From an uncultured candidate division Zixibacteria bacterium (GTDB taxonomy: Bacteria > Zixibacteria > MSB-5A5 > GN15 > FEB-12): a stretch of 64,000 bases of DNA. How positions within the stretch are numbered: position 1 is the first letter of the stretch; each line of letters begins with the position of its first letter. Both the position numbers and the translations under genes were made by a program. The notes below the pieces were generated by a model. The model had not been told where the DNA came from. It did not search any database and worked only from the letters and a program-made list of their open reading frames with translations. Location of the stretch: the NCBI GenBank assembly GCA_963735035.1, contig CAVTJJ010000004.1, forward strand, positions 1,088,001 to 1,152,000, written 5' to 3'. Below are positions 46,204 to 56,557 of the stretch, one piece after another.

Positions 46204-48043
46204 TTGACTGTGCCTCCGTATTCCGAACTTAAACGCACTCATACCTGTGGCCAACTCAGAGCCGCCGACGTTGGTGTTGAAGTGCGCCTCAACGGCTGGG
46301 TTAACAGCAACCGTCACCTTGGCGGACTGCTCTTTATAGATCTTCGCGATCGGTACGGTCTGACCCAGGTCCTGATAGACCCCAAGACGCTCGATCCACA
46401 GATGTTGTCAGAGGCCGAGCGTTCCCGCCACGAGTTTGTCGTGGCCGTGGCCGGTACCGTGCGCCTTCGGCCTGAAGGAACCACCAACCCCGGCATGCCG
46501 ACTGGAGAAGTCGAATTAGTCTGTCGCCAGTTCCACATTCTCTCAGAGTCGAAAACGCCACCGTTTGAGATCGAAGACGAATCCAGCGCCAAAGAGTTGT
46601 TGAGACTCGAATATCGTTATTTGGATTTGAGACGCCGCCCGCTTCAGGAAGCTCTCAGAATCCGTCACGAGGCGACCCAGATTATCCGTCAGTACATGGA
46701 CAAGGCCGGATTCTACGACATCGAAACGCCGCTGCTGATTCGCTCCACTCCGGAAGGCGCCCGTGACTACGTCGTGCCGAGCCGTATCCAGAAGGGAAAA
46801 TTCTACGCCCTGCCGCAGTCGCCGCAGCTCTTGAAGCAGATCCTGATGATTTCGGGCTTTGACAAGTACTACCAACTGGCCCGCTGTCTGCGCGACGAGG
46901 ATCTCCGCTCCGACCGCCAACCGGAACATACTCAGTTGGACATGGAGATGTCTTTCGTTACGCCGGAAGATGTCTGGAATGTTATCGAAGGGGTCATAGT
47001 CGAACTGTACGGAAAGCTACTTGGGGCAACAATACCGCGTCCATTCCCGCGTTATGAATATTCTGAAGTGATCGCTCGCTGGGGTATCGACAAACCGGAT
47101 CTTCGGTTCGGAATGGAAATTGTCGACTTGACTGAAATCGCTGGGCAGAGCGAGTTCAAAGTGTTCAAGGATAACGTTGCGGGTGGAGGGGTAGTCAAAG
47201 GCATAGTACTCGAAGGCGGCGGTTCATACAGTCGCAAGCAAATTGACGATCTTACGGCGCTGGCCAAGGAAAACGGCGCGGGTGGCCTGGCCTATGTCCT
47301 GCGCGCTTCCGACGGCGACAAATCGCCCATTCTGAAATTCATCGGCGATTCTATCAAAGACCGTCTGATCGAAAAAGCCGGGGTCAAACCGGGCGACGCT
47401 CTGTTCATTATCTCGGACAAGCGTCTCAAGACGGAAATGATTTTGGGCCAGCTCAGACTTCATCTGGGACGTGAACACGGCCTGATCAAGGCGAATGACT
47501 ATCGTGTCCTGTGGGTCACGAATTTCCCCTTGTTTGAATTCGACGAGGCGACCGGACGCTTCAATGCCATGCATAACATCGTTTCACATCCGGTCGAAGC
47601 AGATTTGCACATGATCGACGAAGGCTTTCATACTTCGTTGCCCGGTACAAGTCCGGACCATCCGTGGCGTCGGGCCCGCGCATCGCAGTATGATATAGTC
47701 ATAAACGGTTGGGAAATCGGTTCCGGCGGACAGCGAATCAATCGACGTGAATTGCAGGAGCAAGTGCTTGCGATCCTGGGCATCGATAAGCAACGGGCCG
47801 ACCGCATGTTTGGATTTCTGCTTAGGGCGCTCGAATACGGCGCCCCGCCTCACGCCGGTGTGGCATTGGGTGTGGATCGACTTGGTAGCCATGATCTGTG
47901 GTCGGAGTTCGATCCGCGACGTTATCGCGTTTCCCAAGACCACTAATGCATCATCGCTCATGGACGACGCTCCATCATATTTGGATCCGGAGCAGCTTGA
48001 GGAACTCGGTCTTATAGTCAAAGAGGAGCCGCCGAACAGGTAG
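46204..48043 (+). CDS. aspS: Aspartate--tRNA ligase (apparent +1 frameshift near 47883)
   Basis: [57 protein letters not shown] insert, [12 protein letters not shown]; next frame gives [18 protein letters not shown]. Confidence 0.95.
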
Positions 48044-48046
48044 CTT

Positions 48047-49030
48047 ATGAATCTGGACGAGCAAGACAGGAAAACGGTCGTAGTCGACCTCCACGGAGTG
48101 GATCAGAGACTGTTGTTCGGGCAGAACGACATGTTTCTTCGCGCCATCGAGACTCGTTTTGTCGCCAACATAGTCGCCCGGGGAGATCGTGTGACAGTGG
48201 AGGGAGACCCGCACGAAGTCGATCTCGTGGTGCGTTTGCTTCAGGACCTGGTAACACGCACGCGGACGGGGGATCACATTACCGATCAATACCTGAACTA
48301 TGCGATTTCGATGGTGCGCGAGAACGGTCGCGGGCCGGCCGCTGATATCGCTACTGAAGCGCTGTTGACCAGCGCCCTCAAGAAAGTCATCAAGCCGAAA
48401 ACGGTCGGGCAGACTCGCTATGTCGAGACGGTCGATCACAACGATATCGTATTTTCCATCGGCCCCGCCGGCACCGGCAAGACTTATCTGGCCTGCGCTA
48501 TGGCGGTGGCGGCGCTGAAGAGCAAGCGGGTCAACCGGGTCGTCTTTACCCGTCCGGCAGTCGAAGCCGGGGAGTCGCTGGGATTTCTCCCTGGTGACGT
48601 TCGCGCCAAGGTCGATCCATACCTGCGTCCGGTGTACGACGCTCTCTATGATATGCTGCAACCGGACAAGATTCGCAATCTGCTCGAGATCGGTGTGATC
48701 GAAATTGCTCCGCTCGCTTTTATGCGCGGGCGGACGCTCAATGAAGCGTTTGTCGTGCTCGACGAAGCTCAGAACTGCACCCAGGCTCAGATGAAGATGT
48801 TTCTGACCCGCATCGGCGAGAACTCCAAGGCTGTTATCACAGGCGATATCACGCAGATCGATCTGGCGGACCGTAAGGATTCAGGTCTGGTGAGGGTGCA
48901 GGGAGTACTGAAGAACATTCCAGGAATCGAGTTTGTTTATCTGACCGAGAAAGACGTCGTGCGCCATCATCTGGTGCAGAAGATCATAAAAGCGTACGAA
49001 CGATACGAAAAATCCAAACGGAAGAGTTAA
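48047..49030 (+). CDS. phoH: PhoH-like ATPase
   Basis: GPAGTGKTYLA, RPAVEAGESLGFLPGD, APLAFMRGRTLN, DEAQN, TGDITQIDL, DVVRH. Confidence 0.95.
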   Translation: MNLDEQDRKTVVVDLHGVDQRLLFGQNDMFLRAIETRFVANIVARGDRVTVEGDPHEVDLVVRLLQDLVTRTRTGDHITDQYLNYAISMVRENGRGPAADIATEALLTSALKKVIKPKTVGQTRYVETVDHNDIVFSIGPAGTGKTYLACAMAVAALKSKRVNRVVFTRPAVEAGESLGFLPGDVRAKVDPYLRPVYDALYDMLQPDKIRNLLEIGVIEIAPLAFMRGRTLNEAFVVLDEAQNCTQAQMKMFLTRIGENSKAVITGDITQIDLADRKDSGLVRVQGVLKNIPGIEFVYLTEKDVVRHHLVQKIIKAYERYEKSKRKS

Positions 49031-49051
49031 GGCGACAAGGACGCTCGCCCC

Positions 49052-51295
49052 ATGTTTACGTTTCTGCTGAGAGTGAAGCGCCGTATTCGGCGCCTCTTGA
49101 AGGTGCAAACCGAGGCACGTCAGGCCCAGGCCGTGACGCTTCGGTCGCGTACTTTGCGGTATTTGATGCTGGTACTCGCGGCGGTGACGATTAGCGTCTT
49201 TTATCCCGGTGAAATCTTCTACGACCCGCTCGATATGCCTCGCCAGGGTGAGATTGCCCGCGAGGATGTCACGGCTCCTTTCCCCATAACCATTCTCAAG
49301 AGCGAACAGCAGGTCAGGGAAGAGCGGGAGCAGATTCGGCGCTACACACCGTTCGTGCTGGATCGTGATACCCAGGTGGTGGCTGAAGCCGTCGACCGTC
49401 TCCGTCAGTTTGCTGATCTAGCTTCATCTTTGCGTCGTCATGCGAACGCCTCACGAGTGGGGCAGCGGTCGGATTTTCTCGATTCACTGACCAACGCTTT
49501 CCCCGGCCTCGGCCAGACCGCACTGGTCAAGGCTATCGATACCGACGTCAATTTCAAAGAATTGGCTGGCCGCTTGAGCGCCATATACCGCGAGCAAATA
49601 TATCGGGTCGGCGTCATGGCGGACATCGAGGCGCTCCCCCGCTACGGCAACCCGGCGGTGTCGGTTCGGGAAGGTGATCGCGAAAGCCAGTATGATCGCT
49701 CGCGCATCCTGGATATCAGCCTGGCGAATGCGCGTCTCACGACCGTTTTGAATCGCATAGCGGTCGATTCTGCGCTGGATGTCGACTTCTACTACAACGT
49801 AGGCAAGTGCTTTATTCTCCCCAATCTCACGGCCAATCCGGTGGAGTATGCGCGCCGGGTCGACGAGGCCCTGGGGCATATCTCTCCCGTTCTGAAGGAA
49901 ATCAACGCCGGCGACATAATTGTGTCGGTGCGCCAGAAAGTGACGGCCGAGCAGGAAGAAATTCTCAAGGAAATGGTCCAGATGATGCGACGGGAGGAGG
50001 CCGGTCGTGGCTGGTGGATTCCACTCATGCCGGTACTGGCCCGTTTCATTCTCGTGTTAGCCGCGCTTGCGGCGCTCTATTTGTTCCTGAAATATTTCCG
50101 GCCGGATGTGGCCAAGTCGAACCCCAAACTGCTGGCCATTTTCCTGGTCTTCGGTTTTCAGATATTTCTCGTGTTTCTGCTTGATAAGTTGGGACCGCAT
50201 TCGATCTACATCTATCCCGTCGCAGTGCTACCCGTGATGATTACGATTCTGTTCGACTCGGAAATAGGCATCCTGTCGACCTTCGTTCTGGCTATACTTC
50301 TGGGGATAATGCATCGATTCAGCTTCTCGCTGACTCTGGTAACGGCGGTGGTGGGATATGTCGGCTGCCTGACTTCGAGCAAAGTACGCAAGCGATCCGA
50401 TTTCTATCGCATCATGCTTTCAATCATACTGTCATACATCTTGCTGATTCTGGTGGTTGAGAAGCTGAAGCTCACCCCGAACGACGAGATGATCGTGGAA
50501 ATGGTGTACGGCGTGGTAGTGGGCGCGCTCTCTGTGATACTGGTGACGGGTGTGCTTCCGGTATTTGAATCGCTCTTCGGGATAACCACCGACACAACTC
50601 TGCTGGAACTCTCCGACTTGAATCATCCGCTCTTGCGTCGTCTCTCGATCGAGGCCCCGGGAACCTATCATCATTCGATTTCGGTGGGGAATCTGTCAGA
50701 ATCGGCGGCCGAAGCAGTCGGAGCCAATGCGCTACTGGCGCGGGTGGGCGCATACTACCACGATATCGGCAAAATCGAAGTGCCGGAATATTTCGTGGAA
50801 AATCAGTTCAGCGTACGCTCGAAACACGACGCCCTGACCCCGTCAATGTCGGCCATTATTCTTTCTTCGCACGTCAAGAAAGGCCGCATGCTGGGTGAGG
50901 AAGCGGATATACCCGACGATGTACTGAATTTTATCGAAGAGCACCACGGCACGATCGTGATGGAATATTTCTACAGTCGGGCGCGCGAACACGAAGGCGA
51001 TTCGGTCGACATTAACAAATTCCGGTATCCGGGGCCGAAGCCTCAGACGAGGGAAACCGGTATTGCCATGTTGGCGGACGCGGTCGAAGCAGCCAGTCGA
51101 ACGCTGGACGATCCCAAGCCGGCCCGGATTGACGCCCTCATACAGCGAATCATCAATGCCCGCTTCCAGTCGGGCGAACTCGACGAGTGCCCGCTGACCC
51201 TGCGCGATCTGGCCGGCATTCGAAAAGCCTTCACCCAGGTGTTGATTGCCGCCTTCCATCATCGTGTAAAATATCCCGGCGATCCGAAAGGTTAG
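49052..51295 (+). CDS. 7TM-HD (HDIG) phosphodiesterase, PgpH-like cyclic-di-AMP phosphodiesterase
   Basis: N-terminal TM, large extracytoplasmic domain, 7 TM; LLELSDLNHPLL, APGTYHHS, YYHDIGK, YFVENQ, EHHGT, FRYPGPKP, MLADAVEAA. Confidence 0.9.
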   Translation: MFTFLLRVKRRIRRLLKVQTEARQAQAVTLRSRTLRYLMLVLAAVTISVFYPGEIFYDPLDMPRQGEIAREDVTAPFPITILKSEQQVREEREQIRRYTPFVLDRDTQVVAEAVDRLRQFADLASSLRRHANASRVGQRSDFLDSLTNAFPGLGQTALVKAIDTDVNFKELAGRLSAIYREQIYRVGVMADIEALPRYGNPAVSVREGDRESQYDRSRILDISLANARLTTVLNRIAVDSALDVDFYYNVGKCFILPNLTANPVEYARRVDEALGHISPVLKEINAGDIIVSVRQKVTAEQEEILKEMVQMMRREEAGRGWWIPLMPVLARFILVLAALAALYLFLKYFRPDVAKSNPKLLAIFLVFGFQIFLVFLLDKLGPHSIYIYPVAVLPVMITILFDSEIGILSTFVLAILLGIMHRFSFSLTLVTAVVGYVGCLTSSKVRKRSDFYRIMLSIILSYILLILVVEKLKLTPNDEMIVEMVYGVVVGALSVILVTGVLPVFESLFGITTDTTLLELSDLNHPLLRRLSIEAPGTYHHSISVGNLSESAAEAVGANALLARVGAYYHDIGKIEVPEYFVENQFSVRSKHDALTPSMSAIILSSHVKKGRMLGEEADIPDDVLNFIEEHHGTIVMEYFYSRAREHEGDSVDINKFRYPGPKPQTRETGIAMLADAVEAASRTLDDPKPARIDALIQRIINARFQSGELDECPLTLRDLAGIRKAFTQVLIAAFHHRVKYPGDPKG

Positions 51296-51301
51296 ACCTC
51301 T

Positions 51302-51736
51302 ATGGAATTGAAAATCTATAAAGAGATACCGGCCCGACTGCCGTCCCAACAGCTTCAGGAACTTTTTGGCAGAGTAGTTCGCTCCGAAGGGAAAAGTCGC
51401 TGGGCGGCGCACGTGAACCTGATTGTCTGCTCCGACGCCCGTATTGCCAGCCTCAATCAACGGTTTCGCGGGATCGACCGCCCCACCGATGTCCTTTCTT
51501 TCAACCTGGATTCCCCGGAAGAAGCGGGTGACACTTTCGGTGAGATCTATATCGCCTGGCCGTATATTCGTCGTCAGGCGGCCGGACTGGGACGGGGACT
51601 CCATGAAGAATTTCTGCTACTGGTTTGTCACGGTCTTCTGCACCTTTTCGGACACGATCACGACATGCCGGCGCGCGAAGCGGCCATGTTCAAGCGGCAA
51701 GCCCGCTATCTCAAATCCGGCAAGGGAAGGAACTGA
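51302..51736 (+). CDS. ybeY: rRNA maturation endoribonuclease YbeY
   Basis: LN..FRG.D.PTDVLSF, GEIYI, HGLLHLFGHDH. Confidence 0.93.
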   Translation: MELKIYKEIPARLPSQQLQELFGRVVRSEGKSRWAAHVNLIVCSDARIASLNQRFRGIDRPTDVLSFNLDSPEEAGDTFGEIYIAWPYIRRQAAGLGRGLHEEFLLLVCHGLLHLFGHDHDMPAREAAMFKRQARYLKSGKGRN

Positions 51737-51742
51737 CGGCTC

Positions 51743-53008
51743 GTGGTATCCCTGCTTTGTCTGATCGTGATTATCTGGTGCTATGTCACCGCCTACATCG
51801 TCTCGGTGTACGCGTCCGCGATCTATATTGATCCTGAAGAAGTGTCGGAGCTGTTTCCCGGCCTCTCGCATAGACGTCGTCAGGCCTTGATGCGGCTCGT
51901 TGGCGACCCCCGCGCCTTTGTTCAGATAGCCACGATATATCGATACTTCGCCCTGGTGGTAGTGGTGGGGGCGACGATTCTATTGACCGAACAGACTGTA
52001 GGCAAATACTCCGGATATTACCAATGGTTCACTCTGCTGATGGTCTGGGTTCTCTTTGTGCTGGTGGCAGAATTTCTGCCCCGACGAGCTTCACGCGGGC
52101 CGGTCAATCGAAGAATGGTCCGCTGGCTATGGTTGATCAGTCTTCTGCGTCTCTTGCTGCACCCGTTTGTAGCAGTCTATCGCAGAGGGTTGCTCCGGAC
52201 AAATGGCGATCGTCAGGTCACCGAGGACGAGAAGGAAGAGATTGTCGAACGCGCCATCGAGACTCTGGCCGAGCAGGCTGGAATCGGCGAGACCATTGTC
52301 GAAGAAGATGAGAAGGAAATGATCGGCCAGATATTCCGGCTCGACCAGACCACGGTGAGGGAGATAATGTCGCCTCGAATCGATCTGGTTGGGATCGACA
52401 AGACCTCACGTTTTGCCGACATCCAGGACCTGGTGCGTCGGGACGGCCATTCGCGCTATCCGGTCTACGAGGGTTCGATCGACAAGATCATCGGCATTTT
52501 GTACGTCAAGGACCTTTTCAATAATCTGCCCAAACCGGGCGAAGAATTTGTGATTACCGATTATCTGCGGCGACCGTTTTTTGTGCCGGAAACCAAAGTC
52601 ATCGGAGATCTCCTGCGCGAATTTCGCGCGCGCAAGCTTCATGTAGCAGTGGCGGTTGATGACTACGGTGGCGTAGCAGGACTCGTGAGTCTCGAAGATA
52701 TTCTTGAAGAAATCGTCGGTGAGATTCAAGACGAGCACGACAGCGAGTCCGAGGAATTTAGTCGCCAACCCGACGGTAGCCTGGTAGTCGACGCCGGCAT
52801 GCGGCTGGAAAAGCTCCAGGAGGTTCTCGGAACCGAGTTTGAGCAGGACGAGCATGCGACGGTCGGAGGTCTCATCTACGATCTGGTGGGCTCGGTACCT
52901 GAGCCTGACCAGGAAGTCTGGTGGCATCGCATTAGATTCCATATACTTAAGCTCGACGGCCAGAGGATTCTCTTGGTTCGCGTCAGCTACCCATCAAAGC
53001 CTGTCTGA
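51743..53008 (+). CDS. Hemolysin/CorC-family CNNM-CBS-CorC protein
   Basis: TM region, VREIMSPR, HSRYPVY, GILYVKDL, VDDYGGVAGLVSLEDILEEIVGEIQDEHD, TVGGL. Confidence 0.9.
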   Translation: MVSLLCLIVIIWCYVTAYIVSVYASAIYIDPEEVSELFPGLSHRRRQALMRLVGDPRAFVQIATIYRYFALVVVVGATILLTEQTVGKYSGYYQWFTLLMVWVLFVLVAEFLPRRASRGPVNRRMVRWLWLISLLRLLLHPFVAVYRRGLLRTNGDRQVTEDEKEEIVERAIETLAEQAGIGETIVEEDEKEMIGQIFRLDQTTVREIMSPRIDLVGIDKTSRFADIQDLVRRDGHSRYPVYEGSIDKIIGILYVKDLFNNLPKPGEEFVITDYLRRPFFVPETKVIGDLLREFRARKLHVAVAVDDYGGVAGLVSLEDILEEIVGEIQDEHDSESEEFSRQPDGSLVVDAGMRLEKLQEVLGTEFEQDEHATVGGLIYDLVGSVPEPDQEVWWHRIRFHILKLDGQRILLVRVSYPSKPV

Positions 53009-53049
53009 TCTCACCCCCGGCGCAGCTTGTGCGCCTCGTAAAATACTGC

Positions 53050-53078
53050 TTGACACAGTGATAGGGATATCCTATCAT
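53050..53078 (+). promoter_or_regulatory. sigma70 promoter with overlapping palindromic operator-like site
   Basis: TTGACA-17 nt-TATCAT; inverted repeat TGATAGG-GATAT-CCTATCA (53059-53077) covers the spacer and -10. Confidence 0.7.
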
Positions 53079-53193
53079 TCCAATGGCAGAATATGCGTTT
53101 AAATCGACTCGCACTTAGTTCCCGTTTACGTAGTTTTGAAATGTAGGAAGGTATATTCGGGACGGAGTGTGAGTGGATCATAGGAGACGTTGT

Positions 53194-53466
53194 ATGGGCA
53201 GTAAGGTATTGTTAGTTGTGGCTGCAATGTTGGTGCTCCTAATCGTTGGTCTGACGTCCGGTCCCGCTTTCTCCGGGGAACATCCATGGGATTCTGATCG
53301 CACAGGTGGCGGGTCAGGTACCACGACAGGTGTTACTCATGACACTGTAACCGTAGTTGGGACAGACACTATGACTATCAACGGTAGCAGCACACCGACC
53401 ACAGTAGTGGCCCCCGGCTGGACCGTGATTGTTCAGGCCGTGTGGTCTGCAATGATGACCAGGTAG
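53194..53466 (+). CDS. Small secreted protein/pro-peptide (signal peptide, then GEHPWD, then Gly/Thr-rich tail)
   Basis: RBS AGGAG at 53182; MGSKVLLVVAAMLVLLIVGLTSGPAFS|GEHPWDSDRTGGGSG...; has its own promoter. Confidence 0.75.
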   Translation: MGSKVLLVVAAMLVLLIVGLTSGPAFSGEHPWDSDRTGGGSGTTTGVTHDTVTVVGTDTMTINGSSTPTTVVAPGWTVIVQAVWSAMMTR

Positions 53467-53565
53467 CTTCCCGACTATGGCGGGTCAATGTGGAGAGCAA
53501 AAGTCAGTTGCCGGCCCGCGACGAAAGGACGACTGCTAAACAAGAACCTTTAGATCTTAAACGAC

Positions 53566-56505
53566 ATGGGCACAACCTCACTGAACTATGTCTTGGATCA
53601 CCGTCTATTGCTGATTGAGGAGCTTCTGCTCCAGCGGAAATATGACGAGGCCAGGAAGGGCCTGGCTAATCTTCGAGAATCTGATTTCGAAGCTGACGAT
53701 ACACAACACGGTCTGTACCTGTCATTGTCTGCCGATATCGCATTCCTCGACGGTGAATATGAGAATTCTCTTGAACTAGGTTTGAAAGCGGCCCGGCTGC
53801 TGGCCGGTTCGCCGCACCATCGCCAATACGGGCGCACCCTCCATGTATTATCAAAGACTCACTGGGCGGAGGGCAATTTCAAGAAGGCTGAAGAAAAGGC
53901 TTACGACGCTATGGCGTCGTATCGTCGGGCCAGCGACAGCGCCGGTCAGGTCAGTGTTCTGAACGAACTGGCCCACATTGCTTTCATGCGCTCCGATTTT
54001 AAGGCCGCCACCGCTTTTCTGGATGAAGCGGTGACTCTGGCCGAGAATCATTCCGCCAAAGCAGCGATGCTCGCCGGCAACGCCGGTCGTATTCGCACGC
54101 TCCAGGGTGAGTGGGCTCGCGCCGAGCAGGATATCAAATCTTCTCTGCAATATTATACTTCGACCGGCGATGAGACCTCTGCGGCCAGCGCACTGCTCTC
54201 GCTGGGTTATTTGCATCTGCGAAAGAGGGAATTCGTCTTCGCCGACGGGTGTTTTGAGAAAGCCCGTGAAATCATTGAACGCCTCGGTCTGAAGCGTCCG
54301 AGAGTATATCATCGCAAATATGCCGGTGAACTTGCTTTCGAAAAAGGCGATTTCTACCGGGCCAAGGCGCTTCTGAGCGAGGCCTACCGTGAGGCCACGC
54401 AACTTGCGCCGGAGTCGGCTCTGGTAACTCAGGCCGGCAGGCGGCTTGCCGAAGTGGAACTGGCACTGGACAATGTTGATTCGGCATCGAAATTCGCTCA
54501 CAAGACCCTCGAATTGGCTTTGAAGATTGGTGAAACCGCTGAAATTGGGCAGGCACGACGGGTTATCGCCGCCGTGTTCGCAGCGCGCTCGGGTTGGGAT
54601 GAGGCGTTTCGAAGTGGTCGCGAGGCTGTTGAAGTGGCTCGCGCAGCCGGTGACCCGATTGATCTGGCTCGTACCCTGCTGGCGTTGGCCGATATAATGG
54701 TACAAGCCGGCTCGGATGATTATGATCAGGTGAGTGGTCTCTATGACGAGGCGGCCAGGATGTTCCGTCGCTTTGACTTGCCCTTCTGGTTCGCCGAAGC
54801 AGGTTATCAGGCCGGTACGTGGGCCTGTCGCCATGGACGACTTTCCCAGGGATTCAAGCTTCTGAGTCGATCGGAAAAGGTCTTCTCGGAACTCGCTGAA
54901 ACCAGCAAAGTGCGCCGGGTGGGGCAGTACCTGACAGCGATCGCTGATCAGGCCGTGGCTCTTTCCGTGTCCGACGACAACCAGTTCAAATTGTTCGGCA
55001 AATTGATCAATCCGGCCGAACTTACCGATCTGAATTCCGGCGCGATGGATGATCTAGTCGACATATTGCGTCGGCGCACCGGAGCGGACCGCGTAGTGGT
55101 CGTCAGTCCTGACCTTGACGCTACCTCTCTGGTGTCTTCCGAACCCATGACGCCTCAGAAAATGACATTATTCATCGAAGGTTTCCGTCGATTGTTGGGT
55201 CAGGAGATTTCCACAATCAAGCCTACGCTTATGCTGGACTGCCGTCGCGATCCCTACGTAGCGGAGTTGTTTGCGGATTCGCTAGATGTCATCGCCAGCG
55301 TACTGGTGGTACCGTTCAAGATGGGCGACGGCTGTGTCAGCTTCATCTATCTCGATCGTGTCGCTGCTGACAATCGCCTGAATCCTTTCGATCAGGACGC
55401 TCTCAATTTCGCGGTAGGATTTTCGGATGTGGTGGCCTTCAAGTCGGCCGAGTTGCAGAGGCGGAAACTCCTCGAGGACAACCGTCGCCTCAAGGCTCAG
55501 ATAATGATGGAAGCGGCGTTTCCGAACATACTTACGCGAAACCACGAGATGCTTCAGATTCTCGATCAGGTCCGGCAGGTTATTGACTCCAATATCTCGA
55601 TAAGCATCCAGGGACCTACCGGAAGCGGCAAGGATTTGCTGGCCCGGGCGATTCATTACAACTCAAAACGGCGCGACAAACGCTTTATCTCCGTAAACTG
55701 CGCCGCTCTGCCGGAAACTCTTTTGGAATCAGAACTCTTTGGATATCGCAGGGGCGCCTTCACCGGAGCGGATCGTGACAAGCCGGGGCTTTTTGAGGAA
55801 GCCGACGGCGGCACGTTCTTCCTTGACGAAATCGCCGATATGCCTTTGAGTGTCCAGGCCAAGATTCTTCGGGTGTTGGAAGAGAAGGAACTGGTTCGTC
55901 TGGGCGAAAGCACACCGCGCAAGGTGGACGTTCGGATTGTCTCGGCTACCAATAAAGACCTCAAGCTGGAGATGGAAGAACGACGCTTCCGCCAGGACTT
56001 GTATTTCCGTCTGGCGGCGCTGACATACCGTTTGCCGGCGCTATCCGACCGTCGCGAGGATATCCCGTTGCTGGTCGAACATTTTGTTCAGGGGAGTGGC
56101 AAGAGGATTTCTCCTGAGGCCATGCAGTACCTGGTGGCGTATGATTGGCCGGGCAACGTCCGCGAACTGGACAACGAAATCAAGAAACTGATTCTGCTCG
56201 CCGGCTCGTCTGAAGTCATCCCATCCGACATTCTCTCGACCAAGATCGTTGCGGAGAACCGTTCGAAATCGCTCAACAGGCCGGGGAGCGACATTTCGTC
56301 GGGCTATGCGGTAGAGTTTGATGCCCAGCATTCGCTTTACGATTTTCTCGCGCAGCATGAGCGGCAGTTCATAGTCAGGGCTCTCAAGGAGCGCAACGGG
56401 GTCAAGAAACACGCTGCGGCCCTCTTGAATATCCCCGAATCGTCACTCCGACTCAAGATCAAGGAATATAATATCGATCTGGATCGCCTCGACGCGATTA
56501 ACTAA
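53566..56505 (+). CDS. sigma54-dependent transcriptional activator with N-terminal TPR array and GAF-like domain
   Basis: About 450 aa of TPR-like helices, a GAF-like segment, GPTGSGKD, NCAALPETLLESELFG, GAFTGA, FLDEI, RFRQDLYFRL, WPGNVREL, Fis-type HTH. Confidence 0.93.
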   Translation: MGTTSLNYVLDHRLLLIEELLLQRKYDEARKGLANLRESDFEADDTQHGLYLSLSADIAFLDGEYENSLELGLKAARLLAGSPHHRQYGRTLHVLSKTHWAEGNFKKAEEKAYDAMASYRRASDSAGQVSVLNELAHIAFMRSDFKAATAFLDEAVTLAENHSAKAAMLAGNAGRIRTLQGEWARAEQDIKSSLQYYTSTGDETSAASALLSLGYLHLRKREFVFADGCFEKAREIIERLGLKRPRVYHRKYAGELAFEKGDFYRAKALLSEAYREATQLAPESALVTQAGRRLAEVELALDNVDSASKFAHKTLELALKIGETAEIGQARRVIAAVFAARSGWDEAFRSGREAVEVARAAGDPIDLARTLLALADIMVQAGSDDYDQVSGLYDEAARMFRRFDLPFWFAEAGYQAGTWACRHGRLSQGFKLLSRSEKVFSELAETSKVRRVGQYLTAIADQAVALSVSDDNQFKLFGKLINPAELTDLNSGAMDDLVDILRRRTGADRVVVVSPDLDATSLVSSEPMTPQKMTLFIEGFRRLLGQEISTIKPTLMLDCRRDPYVAELFADSLDVIASVLVVPFKMGDGCVSFIYLDRVAADNRLNPFDQDALNFAVGFSDVVAFKSAELQRRKLLEDNRRLKAQIMMEAAFPNILTRNHEMLQILDQVRQVIDSNISISIQGPTGSGKDLLARAIHYNSKRRDKRFISVNCAALPETLLESELFGYRRGAFTGADRDKPGLFEEADGGTFFLDEIADMPLSVQAKILRVLEEKELVRLGESTPRKVDVRIVSATNKDLKLEMEERRFRQDLYFRLAALTYRLPALSDRREDIPLLVEHFVQGSGKRISPEAMQYLVAYDWPGNVRELDNEIKKLILLAGSSEVIPSDILSTKIVAENRSKSLNRPGSDISSGYAVEFDAQHSLYDFLAQHERQFIVRALKERNGVKKHAAALLNIPESSLRLKIKEYNIDLDRLDAIN

Positions 56506-56525
56506 GATCGATTCGAAAATCGATT

Positions 56526-56553
56526 GCGCCCCGTCCGACGGGGCGCTTTTTTT
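56526..56553 (+). terminator. Rho-independent terminator
   Basis: GCGCCCCGT-CCG-ACGGGGCGC-TTTTTTT. Confidence 0.85.
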
Positions 56554-56557
56554 GTCT

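Noticed and set aside
47870..47900. Programmed frameshift or pseudogenisation of aspS (and hutU, rnd)
   Set aside because: No slippery heptamer or shared stimulatory structure; aspS is essential; the uniform +1 pattern points to sequencing error.
53083..53098. sigma54 -24/-12 promoter (TGGCAGAATATGC), and similar sites near 30995-31012 and 57634
   Set aside because: GG-to-GC spacing is 8, 11 or 9 nt instead of the required 10.
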